In this document: one piece after another, positions 1 through 12,450 of the stretch
Layout: the number at the start of each line of letters is the position of its first letter
Numbering within the stretch: position 1 is the first letter of the stretch
NCBI RefSeq assembly: GCF_036321535.1
Contig: NC_087436.1
Coordinates: forward strand, 8,494,001-8,558,000
DNA: 64,000 nucleotides
Direction: 5' to 3'
From: Camelus dromedarius
Taxonomy: Eukaryota
Program-made: the position numbers and the translations under genes
The notes under the pieces: generated by a model
Databases searched by the model: none
What the model was told of the DNA's origin: nothing
The model's input: the letters and a program-made list of their open reading frames with translations, nothing else

Positions 1-252
1 GGGTACATGTCATTATCATTTGTCAAAACCCATAGAATGTACAACATCAAGAGTGAATCCTAATGTAAACTATGGACTTTGGTTGATAATGTGTCCATGT
101 TGGTTCATCAGTTGTACCAAATATGCCTCACTGATGAGGGTAGGGGAGTTTATATCTGTGGGTAGGGAGGGCTATGTGTGAACTCTCTGTATTTTCTGCT
201 CAGTTCTGTTGAGAACCTGAAACTGCTCTAAAAGAATAGTCTATTTTAAAAA
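1..252 (+). mobile_element. Old L1 (L1MC/L1MD-like) 3' UTR fragment
   Basis: Recognisable L1M 3' UTR text: 'tttgtcaaaacccatagaatgtacaaca...gtgaatcctaatgtaaactatggactttgg...gaacctgaaactgctctaaa'. Subfamily from recall. Confidence 0.75.
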
Positions 253-1394
253 TTTTGCACTAATAACACAGAAAGCTGAGTTAAAACATGACTGAAATAT
301 CTGCATCTGTTTTATAGAAGAGATAACTCTTAGCTGCATCTTGTGGATAGATGGACTTCTGACAGGCAGGGTTTAGGGGAGAATAGTTCAGTGAGAGGAA
401 GTAACTATGAACGACCTCCCTTTGGTCTTCCAGGGCCAAAAATATAAGTGACAAACCTCAAAAGTGCAAAGTCTCTAATGACTTTTCTGTACTTTTGATA
501 ATCCCAAGACATTGACCAGCTGTGCTGAAGATGGGACCAGCTCCATCGATCTAAACAAAGTTGTTAGACAATTTTCAGTGTAAGTAAAATAAATTAACTT
601 TGGAAAGGTAATTCTGAAAATTGAAGCATAGAGTCTCAGGATTATAGGGAACCAGAGAAATCACTTAGCTTAAAACTCTATTCTGTAGAAAAGTCTTTTC
701 TAGAAAAATGTCCTTTATAAGTCATCCTGACATCCTTCAGTAATTCCAGTGATATTTTATTTCCTTCCTTATTAAAAACATTTGTTGACCCACAGCTATG
801 TAGAGTTGGGCATAAAAATGTGAATAAGATACAGTTTTTTGGCATATGCAAACTAGACGTTAACAAGTTGCTAAAATATTGTTCACTAGCGAAAGAATGA
901 TGAAAGGATTCCTTGTCTTTTCTCTGTCCCTATCCCGTTTTAAGCCTGTCGCTGAAATTAGCATATGAAATTATGGTGACTGTTTCCTTGTTTCTTTAAG
1001 GTTTTATTTGTATCTGTACCCTCAAGATGTAGCATTTGCCTATCACATAATATGTGTCCCATAACTATTAGTTACTTGACCAAATCAAACTGCAGTAAAA
1101 TAAGTTTCTATGAGGAGGTGATTTAATTTACATCATAAATATGACAAATGCATTATCTTGAAGGGAAAAGAGCAAAATACAGGGGAAGTTTAGTCTCTGC
1201 TGAAGGAAAATTGTATAGAAAAGAGCAATGGCTATAAGGGGTATTAACAGCTTAACACTGAGGAGTTATGATCTTTATAAAGCCTAATAGTAATAATAAG
1301 AATGACTGCTATTCCAACATAACTGTGATAAATTCAATTATATAAAACTTTGGAATCTTTTTTATCTGTATTCTTAAAGAGTTTAACACATTTT

Positions 1395-1600
1395 ACTTTT
1401 TTTTAATTTTCTTTCTTAATCTCATTTTTGACAGCTATCCTTAATAAATGAAAACCATATATATTTAAGGTGTACAAGTTCATATTTTGATATATGTATA
1501 TGATGCAACAAGTTCACCACAATCAAGCAAATTAACACAGCCATCACCTCTACCACTGCTGTGTGTGTATGTGTGTGTGTGTGGGTGAAAGCTCTTAAGG
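1395..1600 (-). mobile_element. L1 3' terminal fragment
   Basis: T-rich tail, then 'tatatatttaaggtgtacaa...tgatatatgtata...caccacaatcaagcaaattaacacagccatcacctc' and a TG tract, typical of an antisense L1MA/MB 3' end. Confidence 0.6.
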
Positions 1601-2239
1601 TGTTATATAATATATGTAATATATCAAATGGTTCTGTTTCCTCTTGTTCTCTTTGTAGAGTGGTACTGCAAAAATATTATGAGCTCCTTTGCTAAGGCCG
1701 GAAAGCTTTTCTAGGGAGAGCCAAATTAGGATATCAAACTGATTATGGTTTAGAAAATCTAGGGAACTTAAAAGCTTTGATGAACGGCAGAGAATGACGA
1801 GCAGGTTGCCCGTGTACTTTAGTTGGTGTTACAAAACATGAAATGGCAAAGAAAGAAAAATAACTTGAAATAGGCAAAAGAGAATCTTTCTTTACTTTTT
1901 ATAAAAATTTGCTTTGATGGATGAGAAGAGTCATTACGAGGAAGCTAGAGAGAATAGCATCTTCTTCTGCGACAGATTTGGTCCTTCATGTGATGTTTAT
2001 GGGTATGGTGGTCACTGAATCACTAGTAAAGTTTTATTATTTTAGCTTGAGATACTCTGCCTCTGTTTTATCACTATATTTGAAAAAGTTAGTTAATTAG
2101 AGATATGGGGTCAGGTGTGGGTCATGAAAGGGCATGTCTTTAAAAAAAAATACATGGTGACTTAAAACTAGTTAGATTTCAAAGAAAAAAAAAATTCAAG
2201 CTGAGAAGAGTGGCAACTTAAACCTGAAGTGTTAAGGGC

Positions 2240-2480
2240 TTGGTGGATAAGCTGTGGATGGTGTATTGTGGATAGTGTATTGTGGATGGGATGATGTGGT
2301 ATGTGTGGTGTGGTGTGGATGGGGTGGTGTGGTATGGATGGTGTGGTGTGGGTGATGTGGTGTGGACAGTGTGGTATGGACGGTGTGCTGTGGGTGATGT
2401 GGCGTCCGTGGTGTGATGTGAGTGGTGTGTTGTGGGTGGTGCGCTACGTTTGGATGGGTGTGCATTGGATGTGTGTGCTG
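2240..2480. repeat. GT/GTG-rich degenerate minisatellite
   Basis: Near-exclusive G/T composition; a ~42-nt unit 'gtgtggtatgga(t/c)ggtgtg(g/c)tgtgggtgatgtgg' recurs at ~2327 and ~2369. Confidence 0.85.
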
Positions 2481-3717
2481 AACCAAGGTGTTTTGTTTAA
2501 CTTGGTACTTTAGTATTTTTCAGGTAAAAAAGATAGAGACAGGAAGGAGACTAGAGGCAGCAGATATCTTTATTTTCTCCCAGGAATTACATGGAGTACT
2601 ATAGAGCCAAAAAGTAAAATGTTCCGCGAATTAAATAAGTGATAATATGAAAGAATCTTCCATTTCATCTCTGGGGATCTCAATATGATTTCAAGTTGGA
2701 AGAGCACATGTTTGTTTCATTTTTGGACTGGTCTAAAATCAGTATTTTGCAAAAAGGAATGAAAGCCTCTACAATGTTAGTTCATATGGTTTTCTCCATG
2801 GCTGACTGTTGTAGATACACTAAAAGCTTAAAAAAAACTGCAGAGTATTTTGTTACCACTAACGCTTTCTCTGTTAAAGTTTAAGTTCATTGAGGGCACA
2901 GACTCAGGCAGTTTATAGCTGTCTGCTCCTTAACCAGCATAACATATCCTATCCATTACATACACATATATTAGTATATACATTCAGTTCAATGTGTAAA
3001 ACAATGGCTATTCAATGGCGAATTGGAAAATAATGACAAAGGTCAGTCGTGTATAGTTTGGCTGCACTTCAGATTTTTTTTTCTCATTTAAATTCTTTGT
3101 CCTAGCCACCTGTATTTAACCTCACCTCTGCACTTTTAATTCTTTATTGTAACTGTTTGTTCATTCACCTCCCTTCTATTTTAGACTCTAAACTACCTGA
3201 GGAGGAGGCCACTATGCATTGTTTGCTGTTGTAGTTTGTGAAGAAAGCTGACATTTAGTTTGGGGGTAAACAAATAAATGATAGCAAAGCCATGAGAGTG
3301 TAAATCTTAACTAAGTGATGAGATGAAGGCAGTGAAAAGCAAGTAGTGTTTAAAGTGCTCTTAAACTAAACAAATGAGTCGATTCTGAAAAACGTAACTT
3401 AAGGGTAAAGTTTTTAGAGTCTAAGGGACAGGATATTGAATAGTTTGTGTCTTACTGATCAGATCAATGCTTCTATTTTCTAACCAATGAGTATCCAGAA
3501 GTACTTGAGGAATTAGAATTTATTTATTTATTTTATTTCCTAAGAGAAAATTTAAACCAAAAAATGATAAGAGGACAGAACTTATAGCAAAATTACTTGT
3601 CACTAATGCATATAAGGCAAGCCCTGTGTAGACAAGAACACAAGCACGTGTCCATAAGTACACAATAAAATGTTCAATGAATCATATTTCAATTGATTCA
3701 AAGACAATTGATTTTAG

Positions 3718-4000
3718 AAGTATGGGACTTGGAGTCAGAAATTGATTTAAATTCTAGTTCTACCATTTTTTTTCAACTTTATTGAGGTAGACTTAATATG
3801 CAAACATGTGGCTATTTAAAGTATACATTTTCATAATGGTTCTGTAGCGTTAGTAAGATACATGATTATCTTGAACCTAAATTTTCTCTTCCATAAAATG
3901 GAAATCCAAGTACCCGTTGGTTATTTATGAAGATAAACTATAGCAGTGTGTGAAAACTTCTAACACGGTGACTGAGTTAAAGAAGGATCTCACTAAATAT
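3718..4000 (+). mobile_element. MIR SINE interrupted by a short antisense L1 3' stub (~3766-3835)
   Basis: 'ggacttggagtcaga...aattctagttctacca' and 'ttttctcttccataaaatgg...atgaagataaa' flank 'tttttcaactttattgaggtagactta'. Confidence 0.5.
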
Positions 4001-5137
4001 TAATTCTGATCTCTATCCCCGATTAGACATGGCCTATTAGTAAGTGTAAATTGAATAATCTTTTGAACAGAATTTGGCAACAACAAACCTGAAATATTGG
4101 TAGCAAATCTGTCTGAGAACATGTCTGCTGATGGGTCTCTTGGAATAGGCACAGTGTGTAGGTATTTGTATCACATATAAACACCCACCAGAGGACACCC
4201 CCTGTGGAGGAGACTGTCAATCTATGATGTGGCTTTGATGGGAGGGATGGAGGCTTTATCTGGGATTAATAACAGATTCTTCCTTCCCTGAAGCTGTGTT
4301 GTCTGTCAACACCGCTGGATGATTGCATAAGCTTCCAAGAGCAAAGTCCAACACTGAGCTCCAGATATGGTGCCAGAGGGCTGCTTGGATTCAAGTTGAT
4401 TATGGTCAACTCCTCTTACTCCTTAACCCCTTAGTGCTACAGACAAATATTCCAGATTAGAATATGTCTCCCTTTCCACAAAGCAGCCCGGTGATCCTTT
4501 ATCCTTGCTGCCTTTGCTGTTCCACCCAGCGCAGTATCCCTTGCGCTCAGGAAGCTTGCTGTGTGGCAGAAGAACAGGGCTGTCACATGGTGCCCGTGCA
4601 TTTCATCGAGAACACGTCCTCCATCACTCAGAAGCAGCAGCCTTGTTCCTGTCAATCAGATCTCCAATTTAATGTCATGTCATCGAACAGGCCTTGATGA
4701 ATACATGTACCTGTGAATATATACACTCTTCAAGAGCCTCGTGGTCAGTTACCAGATATCAAATTGTAAGTCCTAAATGAAGGATTCTAATTGCATGTCT
4801 TCAGTCCTACCATGTTGTCAAACTGCAGAAGGAATTTGCAATACCTAGTAGACATTCCAACACGTGTACCTCAATGTCTCATCAGTAGCCCATATTCAAT
4901 GCTCTCAAATCTAAATCCACAGGACACTGCTGAGCCACTGGGCCAAGACGGAATTGTCAGCTGAGACATAAATCTCCTACTTTTCCTACATCTCTGTGTC
5001 CCATCTACCTTTCTTTCCCTTCTACTAGCAGCCCCAATTGAGCCAACCAATATAATATGAATTAAATAGACAAATTTCTGTCTTGTAACATAGGACATTT
5101 TGATTCAAAGGGTCTCTTTCATTTAAGATGCTTTCCA

Positions 5138-5225
5138 TATGCTTTTTCATCATAAGTTACTACAAGATATTAAATATAAAGCATTGTGTTGTACACCAGA
5201 AATTGACACATTATGCTTTAATTAA

Positions 5226-5289
<64 letters not shown>

Positions 5290-5294
5290 AAAAA
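5138..5294 (+). mobile_element. Miniature L1 insertion with 5' inversion; tail contains (TA)n
   Basis: Antisense L1 3' UTR piece (~5138-5179), then sense L1 terminus 'tgtgttgtacaccagaaattgacacatt' and an A/(TA)n tail. Imperfect TSD aagatgctttcca (5125-5137) / aagatgttttgca (5295-5307). Confidence 0.65.
5230..5287. repeat. (TA)n microsatellite
   Basis: Perfect TA run. Confidence 0.95.
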
Positions 5295-5331
5295 AAGATG
5301 TTTTGCAATTTCTTCAAAGTGACTAAACTAC

Positions 5332-5920
5332 TGTATTTGGAGACAACACTCCATGATTATTTCATGTTTCTACATGATCCCATTCTCTGAGAAAAATGTA
5401 CTGAAAATCTTCCTTGGAAGCTGGAGATAATGTCTCCTTCCAGGTCAAAGGACATTTGTTTCCTGGCCAGTTTAATAAAGAGAGAAAATTTTATCGTATT
5501 TATTCTTTATTTTTTTTTTTCCCAGGAACAGTTCCAGGAAAGTAGAGTCTCCTTTTCCTTCCCAGAGAAGATAGATTTATTTTCCAGAGTAAAGAGGAGG
5601 CATCTCTTCCTCACTTGCAGGGACACTGGGTAGGTCACGGGCAGCCCTGGGTAAGATCTGTGTTTCCTGATTTCTGAGTTTTCTTTGCCACGCCTCCTAT
5701 GTATGAGCAGGTATCGTCTGTCCTTCACTGGGCCCTTGTATGGAGATCAGGGTTAGAAAACCAGTACAAGATATGGCTCCAGCCGCTGCTTTTACTGGGA
5801 GTGGTAATTGGTCTCTGACACAGGGTTCTCAGTTTCCCTCAGGATGTGTATGCAACACTGGCAGGCCCACAAGTTAACTGAAAAGTCAGTAAAACTCCTA
5901 GACCCTTCACAGATTCTGCC
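5332..5920 (+). mobile_element. Old ERV LTR-like element (family not assigned)
   Basis: Starts tgt; contains twice-repeated 'gataatgtctccttccaggtcaaagg'-type blocks typical of older eutherian LTRs. Boundaries approximate. Confidence 0.45.
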
Positions 5921-7269
5921 TTAATATCTACCTTCAGGAGGCCTTCTAGAACCTTCCAGGTGTGAACATTATGCCCTCCAGGATTTTGTCTCTCTTAATT
6001 CTCTCATCTCTATTTTTTTTTTTTTTTTTTTTTGGTCATTGTCACTAGTATACTTGCCTGGAAACCCAGCAGCAAGCTACTAGAAGACATAATTACATTG
6101 ATGGCAAGATAGAACTCCTTTCTTTTGCCCTGTACAAACTGTCTGGCCCTTAGGAAATATTCAATGGAGAGTGAGTTTTATTCATTTAAATCAAACTAGA
6201 CTTAAAAATGCTTTTTAAAAGTCTCAAATTTCCTCCCACTTTGCTCTTTGCCTCATTTTCATTTTTGTTTGAGTTTTGGGCACTTCAATGTTATATTTCT
6301 TTATACCCAGTATTTTTTCCCTCATACCTTTAAAATTGTAAGAGCATGGAGTTTTTGTATTTAGTGATAGTGGCTCCAGGAAGGTCATATTTGCCACGCC
6401 TTTTCTTGTTTTAAATCAGGATTAATGGTTTTTCATCCTAATCAATATTTTCTGGTGTAGATCTACTGTGAAGCTGACAATTTCATCAAGTTTTTGTTTA
6501 TTCTTCAAACAGGTTTTGGGTTTTTCTAATTGTATTTTATACATTGTTTATATATATTTAAAGGTATGCTATAAATAAAGATCTTCTTATAAACAAATAC
6601 ATTTCTATGAAAAGGATTGAGTGAAGTGCCTGAAAAAATTAACACAATATTTATTGACTTTAAATGTTTTAGTGGTAACATTTGACCAGTACAGTTTGCT
6701 TCTATAAAAGATTATATCATTAAGCACATTATGCCCCTTGCTTGAGGTACTTTTTCTTCTATTTTATTTTTAAAGGAACTGTTCTTTGTATGACTCCCTG
6801 CTGTTTAAATAGGCTGCACAAACATTTAAACCATAATACATATATTGAAAATAAATCTGTAACAAATCTTTGAACTTCATTCTATCTGCAAAATTTTATT
6901 CATGCTGTAGCTTTTTCATACAAAAAAGAATATCAATATTCTGAAAAAAACATTTCTAATAGTAAGTAATTCCATAAGTCATATTTCAGTTTTGCTTTTC
7001 AGATTAGTTCTATCCAAGAAACTCAGCGAGAGGCACAGGCACTTGTGTTTATGTGTAAGGATCTGACTATTAAGCATGTGTTTTTGAGTATGAGTGTATG
7101 TGAGACTGTGTACGTGAATGTGAGTGTGATGTACTTGTGTGTTTTACCTCTTTAACTAGCAAGGATGAAATTTAATCTAGAGTGTTTTGTTGTCTTTTGG
7201 TTTTTATCTGGGAAATATATTCCACTTTAAGAACAAGTCACCAAGAACAATCCTCACAAAATCGTATGT

Positions 7270-8260
7270 ATTTATTTTTTGTTTAATTGTTGCACAATAT
7301 TAAATGTTACAGGAGTACAACATAGCGATATACAATTTCAAAGGTTTTACTCCATTTCTAGTTATTATAAAATATTGGCTAATTCCCTATGTTGTACAAT
7401 AAATCTTTGTAGCTTCTGTTATACATTTAGTTGGTAACTCCTCACTCACTCCCATTATATTGTACCTGCCCACTTCCCTCTCCCCACTGAGAACCACTAG
7501 CTTATTTTCTGTATCTGTGAGTCTGCTTCTTTTTTGTTATATTCACTAGTTTCTTGTATAATTTGGACTCCACATGTAAGTGATCTCATACAATATTTGT
7601 CTTTCTCTGTCTGACATACTTCACTTAGACTAATGCCCTCCAAGTCCATCCATGTTGCTGCAGACAACAAAATTTCATTTTGTTTTTTATGGCTGGGAAG
7701 TATTCCATTGTGTATATTTATAAAACACATATTCTTTATTTATTCATCTGTTGATAGGTACTTAGGATGCTTCCATATCTTGGCAATTTTAAATAATGTT
7801 GCTATGAACTTTAGGGTGCATATATCTTTTTGAATTAGTTTTTTTGTTTTTTTTTTTCATATGTATGCTTAGCAGTGGAATTGCTGGGTCATATAGTAGT
7901 TCTATTTTTAGTTTAGTTTTCTGTTTTTTTTTTTTTTTTTTTGAGAAACTTCCATCCTATTTTCCACAGTGGCTGCACCAATTTGCATTCCCACCAACAG
8001 TGTATGAGGGTTCCCTTTTCTCCACATCCTCACCAACATTTGTTACTTGTGTTGTATTTGTGTTCTTTTTGATGATAGCCATTCTGACAATTGTGAGGTA
8101 ATATGTCATTGTGGTTTTGATTTGCATTTCCCTGAAGATTAGTGATACTGAGCATCTTTTCATGTGCTTGGTGGCCACTTGCATTTACTTTTTGGAAAAA
8201 TGTCTATTCAGTTCTTCTGCCCATTTTTTAATCGAGTTGTTTGTTTGTTTATTTGTTTGT
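7270..8260 (-). mobile_element. Younger L1: ORF2 C-terminus plus 3' UTR
   Basis: Minus ORFs encode L1 ORF2 motifs ([16 protein letters not shown]..; AATWMDLEGISLSEV.QTEKDKYCM); T-rich tail at ~7270. Confidence 0.9.
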
Positions 8261-8262
8261 TT

Positions 8263-9128
8263 TAATTACCGGTAATTAAATTGAATCAGTGGTTAAGAAA
8301 CTCCCAAAAAACAAAAGTCCAAGACAAGATGGCTTCACAGGTAAATTCTACCAAACATTTAGAGAAGAGTTAACACCTATCCTTCTCAAGAAGAAGGAAG
8401 GAACAAGAGGAAGGAACATTTCCAAACTTATTCTATGAGGTGAGCATCACCCTGACACCAAAACCAGATAAAGATATCAGAAAAAAAGAAAATTACAGGC
8501 CAATGTCACTGGTAAAAATAGATGCAAAAATCCTCAACAAAATAATAGGAAACCAAATCCAACAATACATTAAAAGGATCATGGGATTTATCCCTGGGAT
8601 GCAAAGACTTTTCAATATCTGTAAATCAATCAATGTGATACACCACATTAACATATTGAAGATTAAGAAACATATGACCATCTCAATAGACGGAGAAAAA
8701 GCTTTTGACAAAATTCAACATCCATTTATGATAAAAAAAAAAATCTCTCCAGAGAGTGGACACAGAGAAAACATACCTCAACATAATGAAGGCCATATAT
8801 GACAAACCCACAGCTAAGATCATTCTCAATGGTGGAAAGCTGACAGCATTCGCTCTAAGATCAGGAACAAGAAAAGGATGTCCACTCTCACCACTTTCAT
8901 TCAACATAGTTTTGGAAGTACTAACCACAGCAATCAGAGAAGAAAAACAAATAAAAGGAATCCAAACTGGAAAGGAAGAAGTAAAACTGTCACTGTTTGC
9001 AGATGACATGATACTATAAATAGAAAATCCTAAAGATGCCACCAGAAACTACTAGACCTCATTAATGGATGTGGTAAAGTTGCAGGATACAAAATTAACA
9101 TACAGAAATCTGTTGCATTTCTATACAA
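8263..9128 (+). mobile_element. L1 ORF2 reverse-transcriptase segment, frameshifted
   Basis: ORFs 8440-8802 and 8756-9019 give '[17 protein letters not shown]', '[20 protein letters not shown]' and the RT catalytic motif 'LFADDMIL'. Confidence 0.92.
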
Positions 9129-9134
9129 CAGATT

Positions 9135-11350
9135 TCATACAGCATATTTCTCCCAATCTGTGGATAGTCTTTACTTTCTTGATCCTTTGAAGTACAAAAG
9201 TTTTTTTTATTTCTGTTGAAGTTTATCTATTTTTTTCTTTTGTCCTTTATTTTGCTTTTGCTGTCATATCTAAAAAGCTTTGCTGAGCCCAAATTCACAA
9301 CGTTTTACTCCTGTAATTTATTCTGTGTTTAATGGCTTTAGCGCTTATATTTAGATCTGTGATCTATTTTGAGTTAATTTTGTATACGTTGTGAGTTTAT
9401 GAGCATATGATCATTCCTTTGCATGTGGATATCCAGTTTTCCTAGCACCACCTGTTGAAAGATTTTCCCTTCCACTTTGAATTGTCCTAGCACCTTTGTA
9501 AAAAAAATTGGCTATAAATGTGAGGGTTAATTTCTGGATTCTGAAGTGTATTCCATTGACCTATATGTTTATCCTTAGGTTAGTACCACAGGTTCTTGAT
9601 TGTGTTGGCTTTAGAGGTTGTGTTGAAATCAGAAAGTGTGAGTCTCCAAACTTCAAAATTGTTTTGAGTCTTCTGGATCCATTTCCATACATATTTGAAA
9701 CTAGTTTCTCAAATTTTGTAAAAAAAAAAAAAGCTGGAATTTTATAGAGATTGAGATAAATCTGTTGACCATTGTAGGGGTTATTGACATCTTTACAGTA
9801 TTATGGTTTTGATTCTATGAAAGTGAAATGTTTGTCCATTTATTTAGGTCTTCAGTTTACTTCAGTAATTTACTGTGTTTTCAGCATACAAATCTTGTAA
9901 ATCTTTAGCTAAATTTATTCATAAGAATTTAATGTTTATGCTACTGCAAATTGAATTGTTATCTTAATTTCATTTTCAGATTGTTCATTGCTAATGTTCA
10001 GAAATAAAACTGATGTTTGTGTGTTGATTGTGTATCTTGCAACTTTGCTAACACATTACTTAAAAGCTGTTTATCACTCTAATCATTATATATGTGTGCA
10101 TGCCTGAGGATTTTCTCTGTAAAAAATCATATCTTCAAAAAAGATCATTCTATTAATTACTTTCCAATATTAAAGGGTTTTATTTTTTCTTGTCTAATTG
10201 CCATGGCTAAATTCTCCAGTACAAAGTTGAATAAAAGTGATGGCAAGCATGGATATCTTTGTTTTGTTCCTGCTCTTATGGAGAAATCTCTCAGTCTTTT
10301 AGCATAAAATATAATACTGGCAGTGGGTTTTTCACATATTGCCTTTATCAGGTTGAGGAAGTTCTCTTTCATTCCTAGTTTGTCAAGTGTTTTATCATGT
10401 AATGGTATTATATCTGGTTACATGTTTCCTGCATCTATTGCGATGATAATGCTTTTTTTTTTTTGGTTCTATATTTTACTAATATTGTGAATTACATTGA
10501 CTGATTTTCATAATTCAATGGACTGAATGTTTTTGTCCCATCAAAATTCATATGTTAAAATTCTAATCCCAGTGTGATGATATGTAGAGGTAGGACCTTT
10601 GGGAGGTAATTAAACCATGAGAATGGAGCCTTCAGGAATGGGATTAGTGTCTTCCTAGAAAAAGACCAGAGAACTAGCTAGCTTTTTCCTCTACCATGTG
10701 AGGACCCAGGATGAAGACAGCTACCTTCAATTTAAAAAAAAAGGACACTCACCAGAACCCTGTTATACTGGCATCCTGATCTTGGACTACCAGCCTCCAG
10801 AACTGTGAGACATAAATTTCTGTTTATGCCACTTAGATCATGGTGTTTTGTTATAGCAGCCTGAGATAGGGTGAACCCATCTTGCATTACCTGGGTTAAT
10901 CCGACTTGTTTCCCCAAGTATGATTCTTTTATATGTTGCTAAATTCTGTTTGTCAGTATTTTGATGAGGAGTTTTGTATCTCTATTCAGACAGAATCTTG
11001 GTTTGTAGTTTCGTTCCTTGTAATATTTTTGTCTGATTTTGGTTTCAGGGTAACAGTGGCCTTATGGAATGATTAAGAAATTTTCTCACCTCTTTCTGAA
11101 AAGTCAGTGAAAAATTGATGCTTTAATTCTTTTCTTTCAAACATTTGGTAGGATTTACCAATGAAAGCATCTGTCCTGGACTTCTCTTTGTGGAAATATT
11201 TTTGATTACTAAATTAATGTTTGTATGTTACATCGATTTAAGTTTTCTATTTCTTCTTGTATCTGATGAATCACTTTTCTTTTGCTATTTTCCTTCTGTC
11301 TTTGATTTTCTACAGCTTGATTAGGATGTTTCTAGATGTGCATCTTTTTG
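9135..11350 (-). mobile_element. Older L1 ORF2 (degenerate), interrupted by an MLT1 LTR
   Basis: ORF 10157-10372 reads 'NLIKAICEKPTASII...GTKQRYPCLPSLLFNFVLENLAMAIRQEK'; many stops and frameshifts. Confidence 0.85.
10513..10866 (+). mobile_element. MaLR solo LTR, MLT1A-like
   Basis: 'atggactgaatgtttttgtccc..aaaattcatatgtt...ggacctttgggaggtaatta...cagcctccagaactgtgaga.ataaatttctgttt...ttatagcagcctga'. Confidence 0.85.
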
Positions 11351-12335
11351 GTGGGGGCAGTATTCTTATTTTTTTATGGAGAAGAAAAGTTTTGTATGTT
11401 CATCCTTCGTTATTTTTGCTGACATCACTTCCCTGCCTTAAATTTTATAATCACAATCTCTAACCCTCTTGATGGTCAACAATTATGTAACTAAGTATCT
11501 ATTCCGGAGCTCAGTATTCTGAGGTCAATATTTTTATGTCTCTATTGGTAATTAAACTGACATTATAATTTCCGTGTAGATGTCTAGCCTGCCTCTGTCT
11601 CTCAGTTGGTCAAGAACTTAAGCAAGGAACGTGGGTGTCATTTACTAGCGCCCTCATGCCTCAGGACTATGTATGACAAGTGCTATGAAATTGTGTCAGA
11701 CTGAAGGCAAAGGTCCCAGATCATGCCTCAGTGCACTTTCTTCCAAACAGATTAGCAAGAACTCAGTAAGAGCCCCGCTCCTTAGTGTGTGCCAAATGTT
11801 ATCCATTCTTCTTCACACATAGACTACTTACTAAGAGAAGCTGGTACAAACTAATACCTATGATTGCCTTACATTGTACAATATATATATATATTTCTTA
11901 ATATTTGACACTTATTGAAAGTTTTCTGATCTCTAACTGTGTTATACATCTTCCCAAAATAGAGATGTGCCTTCCAGAGAAGAAAGGAAACTTAAAAATG
12001 TTTAGTCTCCTCCATGTTAATCCATAGAAAGTTAATAAACTTTCAAGGAATATTGATTAAGTATGTACAAAATATATCAAAATATGATCTGAGAAAGAAC
12101 ATGCTTAACTAGAAGGATCACTGATTTTGGTTATGAATGTTTTTATCACTCAAAACAATTACTTTGGGAAAGAGTCTCAAGTCCTTTTCTCATCTGTGAA
12201 ATAGAATAACACTATTTTGTAAGATTGCTGTACTAATTAAATGCAGTAATTTCTATAAAGTGTAAGGCTTAATAAATATCACTTCTCTCCCTGCTTGTTC
12301 TAGGGGTACCACATGGATGCTTTAAAATAAATATG

Positions 12336-12450
12336 TTATGGTTACCAAGGAAAGGGGATGGGAAGGGGTAAATTTGGGAGTTTGAGATTTGCAAATGTTA
12401 GCTACTATATATAAAAATCAATTTAAAAACAGAGAAAACAATTAAAAAAT
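12336..12450 (+). mobile_element. Short L1 3' UTR insertion with TSD
   Basis: Matches the reverse complement of the interior of the 23.6-24.2 kb L1 3' UTR. Perfect TSD aaaataaatatg at 12324-12335 and 12451-12462. Confidence 0.8.

Noticed and set aside
2232..2513. His/Pro/Thr-rich and Trp/Val-rich ORFs
   Set aside because: Translations of a simple GT-rich repeat.
8440..9042. Reverse-transcriptase ORFs as a novel RT system
   Set aside because: Ordinary frameshifted L1 ORF2 fragment.
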